A DNA stretch of 62,956 nucleotides, filler included, from Chiloscyllium plagiosum (taxonomy: Eukaryota): the NCBI RefSeq assembly GCF_004010195.1. It is 4 parts of one record of this genome, joined end to end, with 100 filler letters (N's around TTAATTAATTAA, not from the genome) between each part and the next. Parts side by side here need not be neighbours in the genome. Positions count along the whole stretch, not along the records: positions 20,483 to 40,375 come from NC_057713.1; positions 40,476 to 54,790 come from NC_057713.1; 2 more parts are not named here. One strand, written 5' to 3'. The notes beneath the pieces are model-generated. The model saw only the letters and a program-made list of their open reading frames with translations. It was not told where the DNA came from and searched no databases. A program made the translations under genes and the position numbers. Below are positions 33,485 to 46,690 of the stretch, one piece after another (position 1 is the stretch's first letter; each line of letters begins with the position of its first letter).

Positions 33485-35330
33485 GCTGAGATGCCGGAAG
33501 ACTGGAGGCTGGCTAATGTGTGCCACTGTTTAAGAAGGGTGGTAAGGACAAGCCAGGGAACTATAGACCAGTGAACCAGACCTCGGTGTTGGGCAGGCTG
33601 TTGGAGGGAATCCTGAGGGACAGGATGTTCATGTATTTGAAAAGGCAAGGACTGATTCGGGATAGTCAACATGACTTTGTGCATGGAAAATCATATCTCA
33701 CAAACTTGAGTTGTTTGAAGAAATAACAAAGAGGATTGATGAGGGCAGAGCAGTAGATATGATCTATATGGACTTCAGTAAAGCGTTCGACAAGGTTCCC
33801 CATGGGACACTGATGAGCAAGGTTAGATCTCGTGGAATACAGGGAGAACTCGCCATTTGGATACAGAACTGGCTCAAATGAAGAGGACAGAGGGTAGTGG
33901 TGAAGGGTTGTTTTTCAGACTGGAGGCCTGTGACCAGTGAAGTGCCACAAGGATCGGTGCTGGGTCCACTACTTTTCATCATTTATATAAATGATTTGGA
34001 AGTGAGCATAAGAGGTATAGTTAATAAGTTTACTGATGACACCAAAATTGGAGGTGTAGTGGACAGCGAAGAAGGTTACCTCAGATTACAACGGGATCTT
34101 GACCAGATGGGCCAATGGGCTGAGAAGTGCCAGATGGAGTTTAATTTAGATAAATGTGAGGTGCTGCATTTTGGGAAAGCAAATCTTAGCAGGACTTATA
34201 CACTTAATGGTAAGGTCCTATGGAGTATTGCTGAACAACTTTGGAGTGCAGGTTCATAGCTCCTTGAAAATGGAGTCGCAGGTAGATAGGATAGTGAAGA
34301 GGACATTTGTTATGCTTTCCTTTATTGGTCAGAGTATTGAGTACAGGAGTTGGGAGGTCATGTTGCGGCTGTACAGGACATTGGTTAGGCCACTGTTGGA
34401 ATATTTGTGCAATTCTGGTCTCCTTCCTATCGGAAAGATGTTGTGAAACTTGAAAGGGTTCAGAAAAGATTTACAAGGATGTTGCCAGGGTTGGAGGATC
34501 TGAGCTACCGGGAGAGGCTGTACAGGCTGGGGCTGTTTTCCCTGGATCATCGGAGGCTGAGGGGTGACCTTATAGAGGTTTACAAAATTATGAGGGGCAT
34601 CGATATGATAAATAGACAAGATCTTTTCCCTGGGGTCGGGGATTCCAGAATTAGAGGGCATAGGTTTAGGGTGAGAGTGGAAAGATATAAAAGAGACCTA
34701 AGGGGCAACTTTTTCATGCAGAGGGTGGTATGTGTATGGAATGAGCTGCCAGAGGTCATGTTGCGCTGTACAGGACATTGGTTAGGCCACTGTTGGAACA
34801 CTGCATGCAATTCTGGTCTCCTTCCTATCAGAAAGATGTTGTGAAACTTGAAAGGGTTCAGAAAAGATTTACAAGGATGTTGCCAGGGTTGGAGGAGTTG
34901 AGCTATAGGGAGAGGTTGAATAGGCTAGGGCTGTTTCCCTGTAGCACCGGAGGCTGAGGGGTGACCTTATAGAGGTTTACAAAATCATGAGGGTAGGATA
35001 ATAGACAAAGTCTTTTCCCTGGGGTGGGGAAGTCCAGAAATAGAAGGCATAGGTTTAGGGTGAGAGGGGAAGGTTATAAAAGAGACCTAAGGGGCAACGT
35101 TTTCACACAGAGGGTGGACGTGTATGGAATGGGCTACCAGAGGACGTGATGGAGGCTAGTATAATTGCAACATTTAAAAGGCACCTGGATGGGTATATGG
35201 ATAGGAAGGGTTTGGAGGGATATGGGCCAGGTGCTGGCAGATAGGACTAGATTGGGTTGGGCTACCTGTTCGGCATGGACGACTTGGACCGAAGGGTCTG
35301 TTTCTGTGCTGTACACCTCCATGACTCTAT
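33485..35330 (+). mobile_element. CR1 LINE RT and 3' end with ~400-bp internal tandem duplication
   Basis: YMDFSKAFDKVPH, SEVPQGSVLGPLLFIIYINDL, KFTDDTK. 34354-34751 is repeated at 34752-35139. Confidence 0.92.
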
Positions 35331-36915
35331 AATTAAGAACTTATCTACCTCTGTCTTAAATATAGTCAATAACTTGACCATCGTCCTCTGGCTGAAGAAA
35401 TTCCTCCTCATCTTAGTTCTAAAGTATTGTTCCTTCACTCCGAGGCTGTGCTTCCAAGTCTTGATCTCTTCTACTAGTATAAATATCTACTCCACAGCCA
35501 CTTTATCCAGGCATCCTGTAAGTTTTAAAGCAGATCCCCCTTTCATCCTTCTAAACTCCATCGAGTACAGACCCAGAGGCCTTACCTACCCCTCATTATG
35601 ACAAGTCTTCATCAATGGAATTATACTTGTAAACCTCCACTGGACCCATTTCAACGCTAGGACATCCTTCCTTAGATATGGAGTCCAAAGCCGCTCAGAA
35701 TATTCAAAATGTTATCTGACCAGAGCTTTGTACAGTCTCAGCTCTTTAATTCTAGCCCTCGAGAAGAATGCTAACATTGCAATTGCCTCCTCACTGCCAG
35801 CTGAACCTCGGATTCAACCTTAAGAGAATCCTAGATGAGAGCTCCCAAGTCCCTTTGTACTTTGGATTTCTGAAGCCTTTCCAAATTAGAAAACAGTCTA
35901 CATCTCTATTCTTCCTTAAAACTTGCTTAACCTCACATTTGGGTTCTTTGCCCACTCTCCTAGCCTGTCCAAGTCCTTCTGCAGTTTCCTCAATGCTACC
36001 TGCACCTCCAATTATCTTTGTATCAACTGCAAATTTAGCAACAATGTCCTCAGTTCTGTTGTCCAAATCATTAGTGTATAATGTCAATAGTTATGGTCCC
36101 AACACTGAGCCCTACAGAACTCCACCAGTCACCAGCTGCCATCCTGACAAAGACCTCCTTACACCTCTTCTCTGCATTCTGTCAGTCAGGCAACGCTCTA
36201 TCGATGCTCCTAATACTATGGGCTCTTATCTTATTTAGCAACTGCTTGTGCATACCTTGCCAAAGGCGTTCTGGAACTTGAAACATTTTATGTCACTGGC
36301 TCTCCTCTGTCTAACTAGCATTTACCTCCTCAAAGACTTAGAACAGATTTGACCAGCATAACCTATCCTTGATGAAGCCTCACCAATGCAGTCCTAGTTT
36401 ACCATGCACTTCCAAGTATTCAGCAATCTCATCCTTAATAATCGACTCTAAAATCTCACCAACAACTGAGTTCAGGCTAATTGGCCTATCGTTTCCTGTT
36501 TACTGCCTCCCTCTTCTTATAACAGGGGTGTTAAATTAACCATTTTCCAGTTGTCTACGACCCTCCCTGACTCCAGAGTTTCCTGAAAGATCACATCAAT
36601 GCATCAACAATCTCTTCAGTTTGTTCTTCAGAACTCTAAGGGGTAGTCCTTCTTGTCCGGGTAATTTATCCACCTTCAGACCTTTCACCTAAATCCAGTA
36701 CCTTCTCCTCAGTACACACACTTCTGCCCCCGACTCTTGTTCCCCATTACCACTTCTCCAGCCTAATTTTCCAATGGCCCAATATCCACTCCTGTCTCTC
36801 CCTTAGTTTTTACACATCTAAAAAATACTTGCACAACCTTGTTTTATATTACCAGCTAGCCTACTCTCATATTTCATCTTTTCCCCCTTTATTGCTTTTT
36901 CAGTCATCCTCTATT
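35331..36915 (-). mobile_element. Older CR1 LINE (3' end at ~33335-33470, split by the younger CR1)
   Basis: TLYTNDLDNRTEDIVAKFAVDTKI and other decayed RT motifs. Confidence 0.8.
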
Positions 36916-37029
36916 GATATGTGATTTTACTTGCCGCTTTTTAGCCCAATGTTGGGTCATACATTTGGACATGGATCACTTCAATATCTTAGGAGTCTTG
37001 AGTGGTACTGAACACTGAGGTTCTTGAAG

Positions 37030-37335
37030 AGGTTTGACAAAGTTTACCCTGACAGTTCATATTCATGAAGCATTCAAAATTAGGCAGTATGTTTTTTAAA
37101 CTCAGGCAGGAAATAGAGAATTCAAGCAAAACTTTCACACCAAGCCTAATAAACATGTGGAATGCATTACCAATGAATTCTATTGAAACAACCATAAATG
37201 GCTTTGAGGGACAACTAGATAAATTTCTCAAGAAAGAAAGGATTGTAGGATTTGGTAAGCAGCCAAGAAACCAGGTCAACTAAAAAGGAACAGGATTGTT
37301 GAGCCTATCAATGCCGATAAAATGTCCTAAATTCC
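37030..37335 (+). mobile_element. Ancient CR1 3' fragment
   Basis: FTPSLINMWNALPMNSIETTINGFEGQLDKFL resembles the CR1 ORF2 C-terminus. Confidence 0.6.
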
Positions 37336-39311
37336 TCTAAATATGGCACTAAGTGAAAACACTTTTAACACAAATAAAAGTTGATGCAACACCAAAAATT
37401 AATATGGGGCTGATGTATTCCCACAAACCAATATACTATGTAACCAATATACTATGAAAGCAAAGCAGGTGAAATTTGCAACAACAACTCTTGAATCTCT
37501 AAAATGAAAACCAAATAGAAATTAAATCTAACAGAACCTACAATATCTGATTTCTCTATTTTAGATTTACACAATTGCTGAGTAAAATAATTCAACTTGA
37601 CCTGGAGACGGGTTCCTGATTGTGGCATTTAATAGAATTTTATCACAAACTCCATAAAATTATAATAACTGGTTCACAGAAAACAACTGACATCTGCCAG
37701 CTATCTGGATTGGCAGCAATCCATGGCATCAACCATTGGTTGTTTCATCCTTTTGGGCTTCAGGCAATAGTACTGAACGTAAATGCACTAGAATTCTATC
37801 CTGAAGGTGGTTTATTCTTCAATTCTTTCAACTGTCCAATATTATCTGGAAAAAACAAACACTCTTTTCTTATAACTAATGATTGCTGCAACTGTACCAC
37901 TCGCCTTAAGTTACTATTAAAGTACGGTCACCAAGTGGTCACAGCAATATGATACACAGCAGAACCATTTTCTTGATTGCAAACTCACATGACTTTTTAC
38001 TTAATAAAACAGGAATTACAAAAACCACACAATTCAAACCAAACATCTGACTCTTTTGTTTCTTCCTCTGAACTGTGCTCTTTTAATTGTAGCCAACTAA
38101 TAACCACAACCTACTGGAAATATGTAGGCTTTTCTCTTCACTCCAATCGAAAGGAAGGTCATGAAAGACTCAATTATCCATCACCTGAAAAATTAAGACA
38201 ACAAATTCTATCCATCTGGAAATTGTAGATTTCCATACCTTCAGCCTTGCACCCATCTGTTCTGCAGCCTTCATCTTACTATATTAATCTAATAAATAAT
38301 TATCTGGGCTTCTATCCAAAGACATATCCTGTGCTTTCTTTATGAAAAACACCCATGTCTTATTCTACTCTTTTATGTTAACTTTCAGCTAGATGTTGTT
38401 TTATAGACTTTTTTAACTTCATTTGGTTCTACGTGGAAAGTGAAGACAATAGTGACAGGAGTTGTTTTTCAATATATACACAAGTTAAGATCCAAACAAT
38501 TTCACAGCTTTTCATAGATTTTGGCCTCTTCCTCTAGATTAAGAAAGAGCATCAACAGCAGTCTGAATTGTAACTATAGAAAAAGGAGTTATGAAGATTG
38601 TTGCGTAAATGTCCACTGTTGAAAGGTCTCTTTCATCGACAAAAGATTTCATTTTTGCAGCTTCCACCATTCTAATTCTCAGGGAAGAAAAAATGTTTCC
38701 TTCAAAAGTTTGATATACTTCACATTTCATACAAGTGCCTGAACACACTTAGTAAAACTGCATAAGTAATTATGAGACTGCATAAGTAATTGAATATTCA
38801 TATTGAAACAAAATAACCTCAGCAGTGATGCATTATATGAAATAAAAACATATTACATAGCAAATAAGATCAGAAGTTGGGATGTTCATTGATGATTACA
38901 GAATATTCATCACCATTCTCAATTCCTCAGCAACTGAAGGAATTCATGTCCAAAATCAGCAAAACCGAGACAAAATCTAGGGTTAGATTGACAAGTGAAT
39001 GTAACATTCCCTCCATACAAGCACAAGACATTGACCTTTTCTATATAGAAAATTTAATCATTGTTTTCAACATTCAATGGCTTTACTCTCACTGAATCCA
39101 TCACTATTAAAATCCTGGCATTAGCACTGACCAGAAACTGAACTGGATACCAGCCATATAAATATAGTGGGCCAAATAAATATAGTGGGTGTGTTCTATA
39201 CCCCAGGCCCTACAAAGTAGGGCCTCCCTCCCATCCTCCTCCTCCAACCTAACTTTAAAGTTCACAGGTAAGCTACTCAGTGTTCTTGCTTTGGAGACTA
39301 AGTGTAGAGTA

Positions 39312-40235
39312 ATGGCAGCGCAGGCAGTGGAATGTTCCTCCTGCCGGATGTTTGTGGTAGGGGTGACCACCGATACTCCTGCCAACTTCATCTGCAGGAA
39401 ATGCAGTCAGGTTCTGCTCCTCACAGAACGAGTTAGGGAACTGGAACTGGAGTTGGATGAACTGAGGATTATTCGAGAGGCTGAGAAGGTGATAGATAGA
39501 AGCTAGAGGGACACAGTTACGCCAGAGAACAGAGGTAGCTGGGTAACAGTTAGAGGTGGGAAGGGGAGGAAGCAGGCAGTGCAGGGATCCCCTGTAGTCA
39601 TTCCCCTAAACAATAGGTATACCGCTTTGGATCCTGGTGGGGGGGACAGCCTAGCAGGGGTAAGCTGCAGTGACCGTGTCTGTGGCGTGAGGTCTGGCTC
39701 TGAGACTCAGAAGGGAAAGGGGGAGAGGAGGAGAGCGCTAGTTATAGGAGACTCTCTAGTTAGAGGGACGGACAGGTGATTCTGTTGGCATGGGCGAGAC
39801 TCTCGGATGGTTTGTTGCCTCCCGGGTGCCAGGGTCCGAGACGTCTCGGACCGTGTCTTCAGAATCCTTGAGGGTGTGCAGCCAGAAGTCATGGTGCACG
39901 TTGGCACCAAGGACATAGGTAGGAAGAGGGGTGGGGAGGTCATTCAAGAGCTCAGGGAGTTAGGCTGGAAGCTGAAAGCGAGGACAGACAGAATCGTCAT
40001 CTCTGGGTTGTTGCCGGTGCCACGTGACAGTGAGGCAAGGAATAGGGAGAGAGTGCAGTTGAACACGTGGCTGCAAGGATGGTGTAGGAGGGAGGGCTTC
40101 AGGTATTTGGACAATTGGACTGCATTCTGGGGAAGGTGGGACCTGTACAAGCAGGACGGGTTGCACCTGAACCAGAAGGGCACCAATATCCTGGGAGGTA
40201 AGTTTGCTAGCCCTCTTCGGGGGGGTTTAAACTAA
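39312..40235 (+). pseudogene. CR1 LINE ORF1: zinc finger, coiled coil and SGNH/GDSL esterase (two in-frame stops)
   Basis: MAAQAVECSSC...FICRKC, LTERVRELELELDEL, ALVIGDSLVRG, CCLPGARV, VHVGTKD, DGLHLN all in one frame, with stops at 39504-39506 and 39777-39779. Confidence 0.9.
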
Positions 40236-40419
40236 TTTGGCAGGGGGATGGGATCCGGACTTGTAGTCCAGCAAGTAGACTAGCTGTTTGTCAGGATGTC
40301 CAAGAATGCAGGGAGGCTGTGAAGAAGGTAGCACAAACAGGGAATACTTGCGGACACAGAGATGGGCTCAAGTGCNNNNNNNNNNNNNNNNNNNNNNNNN
40401 NNNNNNNNNNNNNNNNNNN

Positions 40420-40431
40420 TTAATTAATTAA
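40420..40431. other. Artificial scaffold linker in 100-bp join (40376-40475)
   Basis: 44 N + TTAATTAATTAA + 44 N. Confidence 0.95.
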
Positions 40432-40475
40432 NNNNNNNNNNNNNNNNNNNNNNNNNNNNNNNNNNNNNNNNNNNN

Positions 40476-41390
40476 ACCTCAGGTGGCAAGTCCTCATCCA
40501 TCGTCCTTTCCACCACTGTAATACTATCTTTGACAAGCAATGCCACACCTCCCCCTCTTTTACCCCCCCCCCCCTCCCCACTCAAACATTTAAATCCTGG
40601 AACCTGCACCAGCCAATCCTGTCCCTGTTCTAGCCATGTCTCCGTAATAGCCACAACATCGAAGTCCCAGGTACCAACCCACGCTGCAAGTTCACCTACC
40701 TTATTTCGTGTACTTCTTGCATTGAAGTATACACACTTCAAGCCACTTTCCTGTTTACAGGCACCCTCCTTGGAAGTTGATGCCATGTTCCTCACCTCCC
40801 TACACTCCAGGCCCTGCACCCTGAAGCTACAATCTGGGTTTCCATGCCCCTGCAGAGTTAGTTTAAACCTCCCCCAAGAGCACTAGCAAACCTCCCACCA
40901 AGGGTACTGGTGCCCCTCAGGTTCAGGTGTAGACCATCCTGTTTATAGGGGTCCCACCGTCCCCAGAAAGAACCCCAGTTATCCAAAAGCCGGAATCCCT
41001 CCCTCCTGCACCATCCCTGTAGCCACGCATTTAACTGTTCTCTCTCCCTATTCCTTGACTCTCTATCATGTGGCACGGGTAACAAACCAGAGACAACAAC
41101 TCTGTTTGTTCTAACTCCAAGCTTCCAACCTAGCTCCCTGAAAGCCTGTCTAACATCCTCAGCACTCCTCCTACCTATGTCGTTGGTGCCAATGTGGACC
41201 ACGACTTCGGGTTGCTCCCCCTCCCCCTCCAGGGCCCGGAAAACACGATCAGAGACATCACGTACCCTTGCACCTGGGAGGCAACATACCAAACGTGAGT
41301 CTCTCTCGTTCCCACAAAACCGCCTATCTGTGCCACGAACTATCGAGTCCCCAATTACTACTGCTCTGCTCTTCTTCACCCTTCCCTTAT
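40476..41390 (-). mobile_element. CR1 LINE: ORF1 esterase domain (open, 40858-41394) and ORF2 endonuclease start
   Basis: AVVIGDSIVRG...VVHIGTND...DGLHLN and LKCVYFNARSTRNKVGELAAWVGTWDFDVVAITETWL. Confidence 0.92.
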
Positions 41391-41439
41391 TCATTCATGG
41401 AATGTGGGCATCATTGGCCAGACCACTATCTATTGCCCA

Positions 41440-41964
41440 TTGCGTACAATTCGGGTCTCCTTGCTATAAGTTGTGAAACTTGAAAGGGTTCAGAAATGAC
41501 TTACAAGAATGTTGCCAGGGTTGGAGGATTTGAGCTCCAGGGAGAGGCTGAAGAGGCTGGGGCTGTTTTCTCTGGAGCATCGGAGGCTGAGGGGTGACCT
41601 AATAAAGGTTTATAAAATCATGATGGGCAGGAATATACAAGGTCTTTCCCCGGGGTGGAGGAGTCTAAAACTACAGGGCATAAATTTAAGGTGAGAGGGG
41701 AAAGATATAAAAGAGATCTAAGGGGCAAACCTTTCACACAGTGGGTGGTGCAAGTATGGAATAAGCTGTCAGAGGAAGTGGTAGAGGATGGTACAATTAC
41801 AACATTTAAAAGGGATCTGGAGGGGTATATAAATAGTAAAGGTTTAGAGGGATATGGGCAAAATGCTGGCACATGGGACAAGATTAATTTAGGATATCTG
41901 GTCGGCATGGGCGAGTTGGACCGAAGGGTCTGTTTCCGTGCTCTATATCTCTGTGACTCTATGA
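41440..41964 (+). mobile_element. CR1 LINE 3' fragment inserted in a SINE
   Basis: LPGLEDLSSRERLKRLGLFSLEHRRLRGDLI and tail GACTCTATGA. Confidence 0.9.
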
Positions 41965-42014
41965 CGCTAATTTCCCAGGATCTGAATGTCTGGATAGTCC
42001 ATTTCAGAGGCCAG

Positions 42015-42308
42015 GGCAAAGTAAGGACTGCAGATGCTGGAGATCAGAGTCAAGATTAGAGTGGTGCTGGAAAATCATTGGCCAGACCACTATTTATTGC
42101 CCATTGCGTGCAATTTGGGTCTCCCTGCTATAGGAAGGATGTTGTGAAACTTGAAAGGGTTCAGAAATGATTTACAAAGATGTTTCCAGGGTTAGACCAT
42201 TTGAGCTATAGGGAGAGGAATGATGAAGGGCTTTTGCCCAAAACGTCGATTTTCCTTCTTCTCAGATGCTGCCTGACCTACTGCGCTTTTCAAGCACCAC
42301 TCTAATCT
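42015..42308. mobile_element. Palindromic PLE insertion whose centre contains a copy of nearby DNA
   Basis: Left arm 42015-42074, right arm 42219-42308, filler 42075-42218 copies 41411-41547. Imperfect TSD CATTTCAGAGGCCAG / CATTTCAGATGACAG. Confidence 0.8.
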
Positions 42309-42861
42309 CATTTCAGATGACAGTTGTGAGCCAGTCACATTGCTGAGGGTCTGGTCTCTGAACCAGGTAAGAACAACAGATTGCCTTTGTTCATGGGCTG
42401 GGGTGAACCAGATGGGTTTTTACAACAGCGGTTGTAAACAGTGAAATCTGAATTCAGAATAAATCTGGAATGAAAAGCTCGCCTTAAAGGCAAGACCATG
42501 GAGAGAGAGCAAACTAATGTTTCAAATTCAGGTGACTCTTCACCCCCAGCTCTGATGAAGAGTCATGAAGACTCTTAGTTTGCTCTCTCTTCATGGATAC
42601 TGCCTGACCCACTGTGATTCCCAGCATTTTTTTGTTTGCTATACAGATTCCAGCAGCAATTTGCTCTTCCCTCCAAACCTTTCCTAGTCGTGTACTTATC
42701 CAAATGTCTTTTAACCATTGTAATGGTGTCCACGTCCTCAGGAAATTTATTCCACATGTGAACCACCCACTGTGTAAAGAATTTGCCCTGCATATCTTTT
42801 TGACATTTCTCTCTTCTTACCTTAAAAATATGTCCCTAATCTCAACTGCTCAAAAATAGGC

Positions 42862-43218
42862 TTCACCTATTTTCATCACTTTCCCCTCCCCCTACCTAAT
42901 CTCAGTCCCAACCTCGGACTCAACACCGCCTTCTTGACCGGAATCTTCTTCCCGACCTCTCCGCCCCCACCCCCTCTCCGGCCTATCACCCTCACCTTAA
43001 CCTCCTTCCACCTATTGCATTCCCAACACCCGTCCCCCAAGTCCCTCCTCCCTACCTTTTATCTTAGTCTGCTTGGCACACCTTCCTCATTCCTGAAGAA
43101 GGGCTTATGCCCAAAACTTCTTTTTTCCTGCTCCTTGGATGCTGCCTGACCTGCTGCGCTTTTCCAGCAACACATTTTTCAGCTCTGATCTCCAGCATCT
43201 GCAGTCCTCACTTTCTCC
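42862..43218 (+). mobile_element. PLE 3' fragment with terminal repeat
   Basis: Near-identical to the reverse complement of 5761-6110. Hammerhead core mutated (CCCAAAAC). Confidence 0.85.
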
Positions 43219-43772
43219 TTGTTTCATTGAGTTCACCTCTCACTCGTCCAAAGACTTGATGATATCAGTTTATACTTATCTCTCAGCATAAGGAATCTTA
43301 ATCACTCCAGGAACTCTTACTGTGTCACCTCTAGAGTAAGCATGTCCACTCATAAATATTCAGACCACATGTGCACACAATATTCTAGGTGCAGTCTCAC
43401 CAAAGACCCATAATAATTGTAGAAAGTCTCCTTCATCCTTCTTCTTCCACTTAGGGTAACAGCGTTGTGTTTATACAACATTCATAACCGCAGGAGGATC
43501 CCATTGGTTGTAAAGCTCTTGGGATGTACCGAGCTCATGAAAATAAATCGTTTCACAGATTTACTTAGCTTTTTCTTTCTTTTTTAGTGATCTTCGAAGA
43601 ATGAAGTAGATTGCCAATGCTGCATGTAAGTACAAATGAGAACAATAATGAAGTCCCTTGTTCATTCTTAATTTGTTGCCAACATGACAAAAGAGATGCG
43701 AACAAACTAAGAGCTTGTGGAGGAGTGGCCCAGGGGGAAAAAAGGGAAACATAGATGGGGAGAGCCTTAGGT

Positions 43773-44030
43773 AGAGTCATAGAGTCATACAGCACAGAAA
43801 CAGACCTGTCGGTCCAACCAGTCCATGCCGAACATAATACCAAACTAAACTAGTCCCACCCACCTGTGCTTGGCCCATGTCCCTCCAAACATTTCCTATT
43901 ATAGACTTACATCTTATGTCTTTTACATGCTGTAACTGTACCTGCACCCATCACTTCCTCTGGAAATGCATTCCACACATGAACATCTATGTTAAAGAAG
44001 TTGTTTCTCATGACTATTTTAAAGGTCTCT
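43773..44030 (-). mobile_element. CR1 3' end fragment
   Basis: AGAGTCATAGAGTCATACAGCACAGAAACAGACC tail, reverse complemented. Confidence 0.8.
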
Positions 44031-45412
44031 CCAAAAACTCTGTAAACACAACTCCACTTTTAAAAAAGCATTTTTTTTTGCATTTTTAATGATAAAAATT
44101 AATCAAAATGAAAATCCTATACGACTGAAATTTAATAACTATAAGAAATCTAGAGTAAGCTTGTAATCTCGGTAACAGCTGCTACTCTCCACCCACCAGA
44201 CTGCGTTCTGATCTCTAGAGTGTTGGTTCTGACCTGCTGAAGGTGCTGTAACTGTAAAGAGTTACAGTGAGTCTGTTTATAGTTTATATCATCATTAGGA
44301 AGTGATGCAAGATCACATGACCAAGAGGAGGTGGCTCTCTCTAGCCGTCTTGCAGGTGACATTCTATCATCTTTAACAATACCAATCTTAATCCACCCAC
44401 CCAATAGCAGAGGCACAGCTCCCAACGGTGGGGGTGATACAAGAGGGGATGCACTAGCTGGCAATCAAAGGAATGGATCATTAGTTTGGGAGTGTGGGGG
44501 GTGCTGAGGGGCCGAGTGGTGTAACCATACAAGGTTTGGGCTGCTCTTTCCAGAAACAAAGCTTTCCTGGTAAGACATCCCTCTCACTCCAGGTATTAGT
44601 CTGGTAAAACTTCCCTGAAATGCTACCAATGCATTTAAATCCTTCCTTTAAATAAAAGTGATCAGTACTGTACTCCAGATGTGGTCTCAATAGTACGCTA
44701 TAGAAATGAAGCAAATCCTCCCTAGTTTTATCTTCATGTTCCCCCATGATAAACGAAAATAGTCTAGTCAGTTTCATTATTATCAGCTGTATCTGCATAC
44801 GAACATTTTGTGATCCATGCATAAGGACACCCAGATCCCTCTGCATCTAAAGGTCTGCAAATTCTCAACATTTCGATATTATGCTTCATTTTTATTCTTT
44901 CTACCAAATGGACAATTTCACATTTTACTGTATTGTATTACATTTACCACATTTTACAATGAATCACTATTCATTGACATTTAGCTATCTTGAAAACTAG
45001 TGAATATTTCACAACACCAAATTATGCTACATCTCCCCCAAGTCTTTGACTCAGTTTAATACATGATTTATAGTACTCTACAATTTAAGATTCTGGCAAA
45101 ACGTTCCTCTGAAAATAGCATGAACATACCAAGGGAAAAATGTCAGAAGTCACATGACACCAGGTTATAGTCCAACAGTTTTATTTGAAATCACAAGCTT
45201 TCAGAGCACTAATAACTGCCAATATCTGCTGTTCTTTGTTTTATTACATCTCTGAAATATAAATAGAAAGTGCTGGAGAAACTCAGCAGATCTAGCAGCA
45301 TCTGATGAGGTGTTACTGAACCCAAAGCTTTAACCATATCATCAAATTCTTCTCTGGGGTACAAAGTGAAGTCGTCCAATCCAAAACTAGGGCCCTAAAT
45401 CTAAACAAAAGA

Positions 45413-45612
45413 CAAAGTCAGAATTCACACACAATCGGGTTATAATCCAACAGGTTAATTTGAAACTGCAAGCTTTCAGAGTGCTGCTCCATCAGGTGAA
45501 TTGAAGAGAAGCACCTGATGAAGGAGCAGCGCTCTGTGGTTTCAAATAACCCTGTCGGACTATAACCTGGTGTTATCTGGCTTCTGACTTTGTCCACCCC
45601 AATCCAACGCCA
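45413..45612. mobile_element. Second-family palindromic PLE-like element
   Basis: Inverted arms around CACCTGATGAAGGAGCAGCGCTC. Related to 33120-33330. Confidence 0.7.
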
Positions 45613-46456
45613 GCGATATGATGGATTACAAAACTGAAATGCTTTCTCAGCAGATGCTGCCTGACCTTCTGCGCTTTCCAACATCTTCTATGTTACCTTC
45701 AGATTTCCAGTCTCCGCGATGAAATACTTCTGTATCAGATTTGCTGTCATCCTTTGCAATGTCACTGAATTAAATTTAAAATAGTATCCGATTGCACTCA
45801 ATCACTTAATTGTAATGTAGTGCTTGAGCTGAAAGAGATTGAAAAATTAACAATAAAAATATCACTGTGCTCAGTCCAATCTTCTCGTAGCCTACTTGAC
45901 TATTACAAACCTTGCATTATAACAGACCTCAGCCTGGCTTCCATCAGGAGTTCCATTAGAGGCTTCGACATTTAACCTCAGAAGATCAGGCTGACAAATG
46001 TCTTCTTATAAGAAACAGATTAGCAATTGACCTTCCCCTCTCAGCCCTGTTGTGTCAGCCTGTACAGCTGTAACTGTTTAAGTTTTCAAAGGGAACTTTC
46101 AAATGCTACTGCATCGCCCATCTGCAGTTTGAGTTAAACACACATTTACTGTGCTTTTCTTTATGGTATTTTTTTTTCCCAGGCCTCTCCACTTTCAATA
46201 TTTTCTCTGCAGAGATGTAGGATGCACTCAGTTTGCCAAATATCCGCAAGTGAGCGATGAACCCTAATTGAACCAAGCACAGCATGGAGAGCTATTGTTA
46301 TGTTTGTATTGAAGCTCCATTGGTCTGACTCTCCTCTTACCTAACGTGAAAAAGCACAGCATTGAACAAGGCCATTCAGTCCATAGTGTACAGACTGCCT
46401 CTCCTAATGCTTGATTCCACTCCCAATGATTGTTCATATGTCTGTAAATTCCTCAT

Positions 46457-46690
46457 TAGAGTGGTAGAGATGTACAGCATGGAAACAGACCCTTCACTCT
46501 AATTCATCTGTGTTGACTAGATATCCTAACCCAATCTAGTCCCATTTGCCAGCACTTGGCCCATAACCCTCCAAACCCTTCCTATTCATGTGCCCATCCA
46601 GATGCCTTTTAAATGTTATAATTGTACCAGCCTCCACCACTTCCTCTGGCAGCTCGTTCCACACACACACACACACACCACCCTCTGTGC
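46457..46690 (-). mobile_element. CR1 3' end fragment
   Basis: Standard CR1 tail in reverse orientation, with a short (CA)n expansion. Confidence 0.8.

Noticed and set aside
37600..38750. Coding-like AT-rich minus-strand stretch (e.g. DLPFDWS)
   Set aside because: Stops in every frame and no family I can recognise. It would need a translated homology search.
39807..41394. Host or horizontally acquired GDSL lipase gene pair
   Set aside because: The minus copy is followed by the CR1 ORF2 endonuclease start, the plus copy by a GLK(C) stub of it at the gap, and the plus copy has the zinc finger/coiled coil. They are LINE ORF1.
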